In this document: one piece after another, positions 45,354 to 50,467 of the stretch
Layout: every line of letters begins with the position of its first letter
Numbering within the stretch: the stretch's first letter is position 1
DNA from: a virus
Taxonomy: Duplodnaviria > Caudoviricetes
Virus record (IMG/VR): IMGVR_UViG_3300029821_000007
Coordinates: 1-50,467 of that record
Strand: one strand, 5' to 3'
DNA length: 50,467 nt
Notes under the pieces: model-generated
What the model was told of the DNA's origin: nothing
Database searches by the model: none
The model's input: the letters and a program-made list of their open reading frames with translations, nothing else
Position numbers and translations under genes: made by a program

Positions 45354-46993
45354 TATTTAACTCCAACAACAAGTCTCTGACTGGATCGTATACTTACTCG
45401 CAAAGACTCAAATCGCAAGTCATTTGTTCCAGTATACTTCAGCTTAAATGAACGTCGTGTAAATGCGCCGAAACGAGTAGGAACAGACCTAGAGTATAGA
45501 TTGAATGTACGAACATCAGAAGATGTAGTCAGCCAATCATCATCAGAGTAGTATAGTGTCACTGTGTCAGATGCTGACGGCCTATCAGAAACTACCTCAG
45601 CAGCATCCATAAACTTTATTGCGCCTATACCACCATCCCAAGGATCGGTTAGAATATACACTTCCCTGGTGGCTGCTACATCAAGACCACTAGTACTAAA
45701 TTTAGATACAACTTGGTTAGTCCTATCAATAGCCAGCATGTCTCCATTTAGAGACAGGAAAGAAGTATAGATAAACCTAGCAGGTGAACCAGAAACAAGA
45801 GACTGAAACTCAACCCAAATGCGCTCAGTCAAATCAAATGCTAGGGTTGTATCAACCGCAGGTATATTCAACACATAAAATTGATGACCGTACATACTAA
45901 CAGCACTAGCAGATATATTACCTACATTAGCGGACCCATCACTATCCTCCAAATACCTAATAACCCACGTAGGAGCTATTTGTTGTGGGGATAATCCCTC
46001 CATTAAATACACACCGAGCTGCCCCTCACGATCACGACCAACCCACATCAAATGTATACCGATATTAACAGCTGATTTTGGTGCAGGACATCCTATGAAA
46101 TTATTAGCACCCTGAACAGTTCCGTACACACTAGCTGTTGGGTTAGCGGCATCATAGAACACTTGGTATGTCCATTCACCAAAAGCCACAAGGTAATTAT
46201 TATGTTTAATTATTCGTGTACCATCATCAGGTTCCATCTCCGCTGTTAATACATTAAGAGCTGGCCAGTCAAGTGGATCATTTACAGCAGAATGATAAAC
46301 CTCAGCATCAGCTGTCATTAATGTCACATACCCATCAAGAAATACTAATCCAGGACCATGAGAAGTAGGTAGGGTTGTGTAATACCCCGTACATGTCCAG
46401 GATACTGTTCCATCAGTTATGGTGTTTCCTAATGTAGTCGGCCACGCGGGCTCAGATCCAGCCGACGTTCCAGCTGTAGTAACTTCGTAGAAAAATCCAT
46501 TTGGTGTTGTTGGAACGCGCCGCGCTCCTAATGAGTACGCTGTGGTCCCAGCCCAATCAGAGTATGTCGTACCACCACCAGCGAGTAAATATACATTATT
46601 AGACGTATCTACTATGTACAAATTACTCATGTCACTTATAACTAGTTTTTTGTTGGCACCTTGGGTGGAAGTAAAATATACATCACCAGTCGATGACAAC
46701 ATAGTTCCTATATTAGCTGCCCCCTTGTATATCTTATTACCCAGTACTGTGTATAAGTATCCTTCCCATGAATACTCACCACGCCAAGTAAGCATAGCAT
46801 CTGTGGGGTAATCAACTCCTGATGCTGATAACCCAGGACGAACTCTAACCCTATACCTCGTGTACGACTCACCACTGTCTGATTTACCCGCATGAACCAT
46901 CTCTGGAAAACAGTTTATAAAGTGTACATTCTTTTCAGTATTGGTAGCTCGTTCATCAGGAAATGTAACAAACGGGATATCAACGATAGGCAT
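45353..46993 (-). CDS. Packaged-DNA stabilisation / tail hub protein (P22 gp10-like)
   Basis: RPGL..RG, FLDGY, AEMEPD..LVAFGE, GC.A..S, GHQFYVL beta-propeller-like motifs. Confidence 0.8.
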   Translation of the reverse strand: MPIVDIPFVTFPDERATNTEKNVHFINCFPEMVHAGKSDSGESYTRYRVRVRPGLSASGVDYPTDAMLTWRGEYSWEGYLYTVLGNKIYKGAANIGTMLSSTGDVYFTSTQGANKKLVISDMSNLYIVDTSNNVYLLAGGGTTYSDWAGTTAYSLGARRVPTTPNGFFYEVTTAGTSAGSEPAWPTTLGNTITDGTVSWTCTGYYTTLPTSHGPGLVFLDGYVTLMTADAEVYHSAVNDPLDWPALNVLTAEMEPDDGTRIIKHNNYLVAFGEWTYQVFYDAANPTASVYGTVQGANNFIGCPAPKSAVNIGIHLMWVGRDREGQLGVYLMEGLSPQQIAPTWVIRYLEDSDGSANVGNISASAVSMYGHQFYVLNIPAVDTTLAFDLTERIWVEFQSLVSGSPARFIYTSFLSLNGDMLAIDRTNQVVSKFSTSGLDVAATREVYILTDPWDGGIGAIKFMDAAEVVSDRPSASDTVTLYYSDDDWLTTSSDVRTFNLYSRSVPTRFGAFTRRSFKLKYTGTNDLRFESLRVSIRSSQRLVVGVK

Positions 46994-46994
46994 A

Positions 46995-47936
46995 TTAATA
47001 CTCCGATGGCTGTATTCTGAATGACGTTTCAGTGTCCCCAGATTCTGCCATATCTTTGTACATTCTAGCTAGCAGTAGAATCTTCTGGAAGTCGCCAGAG
47101 GGTATTCCATATTTGGGAGCTAGAAGTACAGCCAAATTCAATGCTATGGCCATAAACCACTCCTGCGGGTAATCTACCTCATCCGTGGAAGCATCTACAT
47201 CTTCCAAGGTACGACGAACCCACAGGACAATGTAATCGTCTACACTAGACATCACTGGCCACAGAGTCAATACACCTTGTGTTCTTTGTGGCTCAAAATA
47301 GTACTGAAGTACAGATGAAGATGTTCCTTTAGTAGTTAGTGTAGTGTAGTCCCTAAGATTCATCCGCTCCAGAGGTGTGTCAGACTCATTAGACGCTGTG
47401 CGTCTTACAGCCTCAAGAACTTCCATAGGGCGGTTTGCTTTAGTCTGATAACAATACACTGTAGCACCAGCGGCTACAGAGGAAGTTACACCAGAGGCTA
47501 GGGTTATAGTTGTTCCAACAGGTGCCCCACTAACAGTAGTCCAATGAAGATAGCCAGTTGACATCTCAATACCAATGTTGTAGCCGTTGGCTATTCCAGT
47601 GGCAGAGTTAACAACTATAGATGTTGCATTTGCAGCAGCAGCTGTTGATACTGTCGTGTAAGCAAACGAAGTTGTAGAATGATCCCCGGTAGATGACAGA
47701 GTTACAGTCTTTGCAGCCTTCTGGGGAAACACATATATCTTCTGTATTGCAAACAGGTTGGTGCCCATAGGATCTGCTTGCCACGCCTTCAGCATCATGT
47801 TAAGTGTGCGCAGGCAGCTTGTATACTGAGCAGCCGAGGGGGCTTGCCCCTCAGCCAGCACAGACAGCTGCTCCAGCGCCTCAGTAACAATGGCTGCGCC
47901 ATCAGCAGAAAGATTTATCGAGCCTGAAGTAGCCAT
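46995..47936 (-). CDS. Head-tail adaptor (P22 gp4 / tail tubular A-like)
   Basis: IVTEAL..L..G..LNMMLKAW...LWPV...DYPQEW..A..NLAV.LAP.YG. Confidence 0.75.
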   Translation of the reverse strand: MATSGSINLSADGAAIVTEALEQLSVLAEGQAPSAAQYTSCLRTLNMMLKAWQADPMGTNLFAIQKIYVFPQKAAKTVTLSSTGDHSTTSFAYTTVSTAAAANATSIVVNSATGIANGYNIGIEMSTGYLHWTTVSGAPVGTTITLASGVTSSVAAGATVYCYQTKANRPMEVLEAVRRTASNESDTPLERMNLRDYTTLTTKGTSSSVLQYYFEPQRTQGVLTLWPVMSSVDDYIVLWVRRTLEDVDASTDEVDYPQEWFMAIALNLAVLLAPKYGIPSGDFQKILLLARMYKDMAESGDTETSFRIQPSEY

Positions 47937-48020
47937 TTATTATTCCTATATTACTATGATTAATAGGCGATTCTGCGTTCTAGCAGAACTCCGGCAGTGG
48001 GCGGGGGATGGTTTGCATTC

Positions 48021-50063
48021 TTAACTTCTGCGTAACCTATAAACTATGGTCACATTAACGTCCGCTGGAGGAGTCGCAGGAGACCCTGTTTGCACAAGGT
48101 TTGCACGCACCATAGACCCCGAACCCCAGTTCGCTGCGGCAAGATTTGTCGCCTGACCGAAGTTTACCGACCCACCATCCAGGCTCGTCTTGGTCACGTC
48201 CGCTAACGATCCGTCAAGAATGATTGATACCGTGGTAAACCCATTAGTTACGTTCAGGGACCAGTAGTTGCCGCCAGCATGATCTTCTGTCGGACCCGTT
48301 CCGCAAGTTACGTCGATCCGTAATATTTCAATGGTGAAATTCGTTGCAAGCGGGAATCTACGGGACATGAACGACTTTCCGGAAGTAACAAGGCCTATGT
48401 TTCCAGACCACTCTTGCAGCCCAACCGCGCGCCACTCCCCTCCTGCCCTGAACATCCACATGGTATTATGAACGGAGTTTCCTGACTGAGGGAAATCCAA
48501 CACGGCAGCTCCGCCATCTAATGCTATGTTATTCGCAGGAACAGAATCATGTTCGGCTACTCGAATTGACCGAAGGTAGTCCAGCCGGTAGCTGGTGTGC
48601 GGAGACGCTTTGGCATTAGACACCTCGAATCCTTTTGACGCAAATATATTAGAAGGCCCGATGAAATAAGCGTTGTCACCGACACTTGAGCCGATGTATA
48701 TGTACTTTGTGGCAGCCCTTGTGCCGTTGAACAAGGCGGCGTCAATTTCCAATTTCGCATTCGCATTCGATGGATCAAAGTATACAGCATATGTGTCGTC
48801 GGCTCCGATGGCATCAAACGATACCGGGCCATCAATACTTAGATGCGTAATACCAGTACCAGAAACTTTCACGGCTCCGGATGTTGCTCCGGTTCTAATC
48901 TGTGATATTTCAGTACCAGCCCCTAGTTTAACGTGCGTGAAGTCCTCGATATACAACGCCTCTTTAGACAACGCATAATCAGCATCCGTTAGCGCACGAC
49001 CATGTAGCTTGCAATCGACAATAGACAGGTGGGAGCCTATACGCGCACGCAATCCTATGCCGTAGCTACGCTCGATAGTAACCTTGTCGAGCTTAACCGT
49101 GTTTGTATTATCGTTCCCGGCCCCTGTCGTGTCGCCAATCTCTACGGCAGGGAGATCGGAAGTAGAGTGCCCGCAGGCGTATACCTTGACGTTATCCGCA
49201 ATAAAATCCCATGCTCTTGATGCTTTAATCGCGGTGTTTCTCACGTTAACAATGAGAAGGTCAGAGGCGTACATGTTTGTCGAATACGCCGAATTGATTG
49301 CAATACCATCATTCGCCGGATCGTTGTTTCCGTAGATGCTCATCCCGCCGATGTCGATGATATTCGAGCGATTTAGACTCGTTCCTTCGTAGTTGAACAA
49401 TTTATTTGATGTGCCGAAAGAAGCCCCCATTGTAATCGTGGTGGCACCTTTTGTGCCTCGCAGTTTTATGCGCTTATTGTAAGGAATGACCACCCCTGAG
49501 TCCCATGTCGCGGACTCAGGTGGTAGGCGAATTTCATATCCAGCGGACACTGGCACAAAATCGATACACGATTGTGTCGCGGCAGGTGTAAATCCTCCGT
49601 ACATCTCAGGGGATATGAATCCACTAAGAACACGCCTCCAGCACGCAGACCCATCGCCCGGAACAGCATAGATTCCGCCGTCATCCGTGTAAGTTCCAGG
49701 GGCCGCGCCGGTAAGCGCCTGGAACACACCGCCACCTACGCCTGCCACCGTGTGGCCTTTCAGGTATATAAACCGCCCGGCCACAGGATTGATTGTCTGG
49801 AGCGTGGCGAAGTCGTTGACCTGTTGAAGGACTCCTTCTTCAATGGTTTGTGAGGTTAAACCTAAATTTATTGATTGTTTCTCAGTATCTAACTCATTAA
49901 TAGCATCTTGTACAGTTGTTGCTGTTATATTCCCAGCTGGTGTATTGCTTATATGAGATCCAGAGTGCGCCGTTGTATTTTCGTCGTACACATGGGAATC
50001 AACACCATTAAGCCAATCCGCCTCAATAACTGTTATTTGATCTTGGAATGTAGTGGTAGGCAT
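48021..50063 (-). CDS. Tailspike / receptor-binding protein with putative beta-helix depolymerase domain
   Basis: Anchor IEADWLNGVD..ATTVQDAINELD; GGG.F..DDGG..CWRR..SPEMYG tailspike neck; Asn/Ile/Gly-rich beta-helix repeats. Confidence 0.8.
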   Translation of the reverse strand: MPTTTFQDQITVIEADWLNGVDSHVYDENTTAHSGSHISNTPAGNITATTVQDAINELDTEKQSINLGLTSQTIEEGVLQQVNDFATLQTINPVAGRFIYLKGHTVAGVGGGVFQALTGAAPGTYTDDGGIYAVPGDGSACWRRVLSGFISPEMYGGFTPAATQSCIDFVPVSAGYEIRLPPESATWDSGVVIPYNKRIKLRGTKGATTITMGASFGTSNKLFNYEGTSLNRSNIIDIGGMSIYGNNDPANDGIAINSAYSTNMYASDLLIVNVRNTAIKASRAWDFIADNVKVYACGHSTSDLPAVEIGDTTGAGNDNTNTVKLDKVTIERSYGIGLRARIGSHLSIVDCKLHGRALTDADYALSKEALYIEDFTHVKLGAGTEISQIRTGATSGAVKVSGTGITHLSIDGPVSFDAIGADDTYAVYFDPSNANAKLEIDAALFNGTRAATKYIYIGSSVGDNAYFIGPSNIFASKGFEVSNAKASPHTSYRLDYLRSIRVAEHDSVPANNIALDGGAAVLDFPQSGNSVHNTMWMFRAGGEWRAVGLQEWSGNIGLVTSGKSFMSRRFPLATNFTIEILRIDVTCGTGPTEDHAGGNYWSLNVTNGFTTVSIILDGSLADVTKTSLDGGSVNFGQATNLAAANWGSGSMVRANLVQTGSPATPPADVNVTIVYRLRRS

Positions 50064-50070
50064 AATGGCC

Positions 50071-50427
50071 TCATAAAGAATTAATAAATGTACCAACAGG
50101 AATTGGTGTGTAGGAGCTACTCATACCAGCTATACTACAACCAGCAATAGCAACGCCAGCTACAGAAGACCTAGTAGTACATATCCCACCTATGAATTCA
50201 TCTACTACTTCTGGACTAACTAAACCTTGAGCCGATTGGTTATCAGAGCGACCTCTAACGAAATCTTGTGGATGGCGAACCTCAAAGTCCTCTGGACAAA
50301 CAATTCTGTCATCCCAAGTAAGTTTAGCACTTGAGGCCCTGATAGCAAACCCGCAAACTTCGCATATAACCCAATGATTTCCTGATTGCCAACCTGGGTT
50401 TCTTGTTTTTTTGCCGTAAGAGCCCAT
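50071..50427 (-). CDS. Conserved virion-module hypothetical protein
   Basis: CEVCGF...WD..VCPEDFEVRHPQDFVR; AAGGAG RBS. Confidence 0.7.
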   Translation of the reverse strand: MGSYGKKTRNPGWQSGNHWVICEVCGFAIRASSAKLTWDDRIVCPEDFEVRHPQDFVRGRSDNQSAQGLVSPEVVDEFIGGICTTRSSVAGVAIAGCSIAGMSSSYTPIPVGTFINSL

Positions 50428-50467
50428 ATCTACTCTCCTTTAGGTAGCCATTACAACAGTTACAGCA

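Noticed and set aside
1-50467. Prophage or temperate lifestyle
   Set aside because: No integrase, CI-like repressor, partition genes or flanking host genes were seen.

Overview
This is an apparently complete or near-complete ~50.5 kb genome of a lytic tailed phage (podovirus-type) with two divergent arms, opened within the structural module. The minus strand carries packaging, head, tail and ejection genes: TerS, HNH, TerL, portal, GroES, scaffold, major capsid, tailspike, P22 gp4/gp10-like proteins and internal virion proteins. The plus strand carries small early genes, a phiEco32-like amide-ligase/amidotransferase cluster, primase, helicase, family A DNA polymerase, exonuclease, Dam, a metallophosphoesterase, class II ribonucleotide reductase and lysis genes. 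There are two tRNAs. Three group I introns with homing endonucleases interrupt terL, polA and nrdJ; the terL intron appears to end in A rather than the canonical omega-G. No integrase, repressor, RNA polymerase or sigma factor gene is recognisable. The regulatory architecture stands out: sigma70 promoters for early genes, two exact GAACTT-N16-TCTAA (sigmaE/AlgU-type) promoters heading the replication and virion operons, six copies of an 18-bp palindrome confined to the early arm, a Fur-box-like palindrome, and a ~250-nt highly structured element in the divergent non-coding region. All calls come from reading motifs by eye; no database searches were run.
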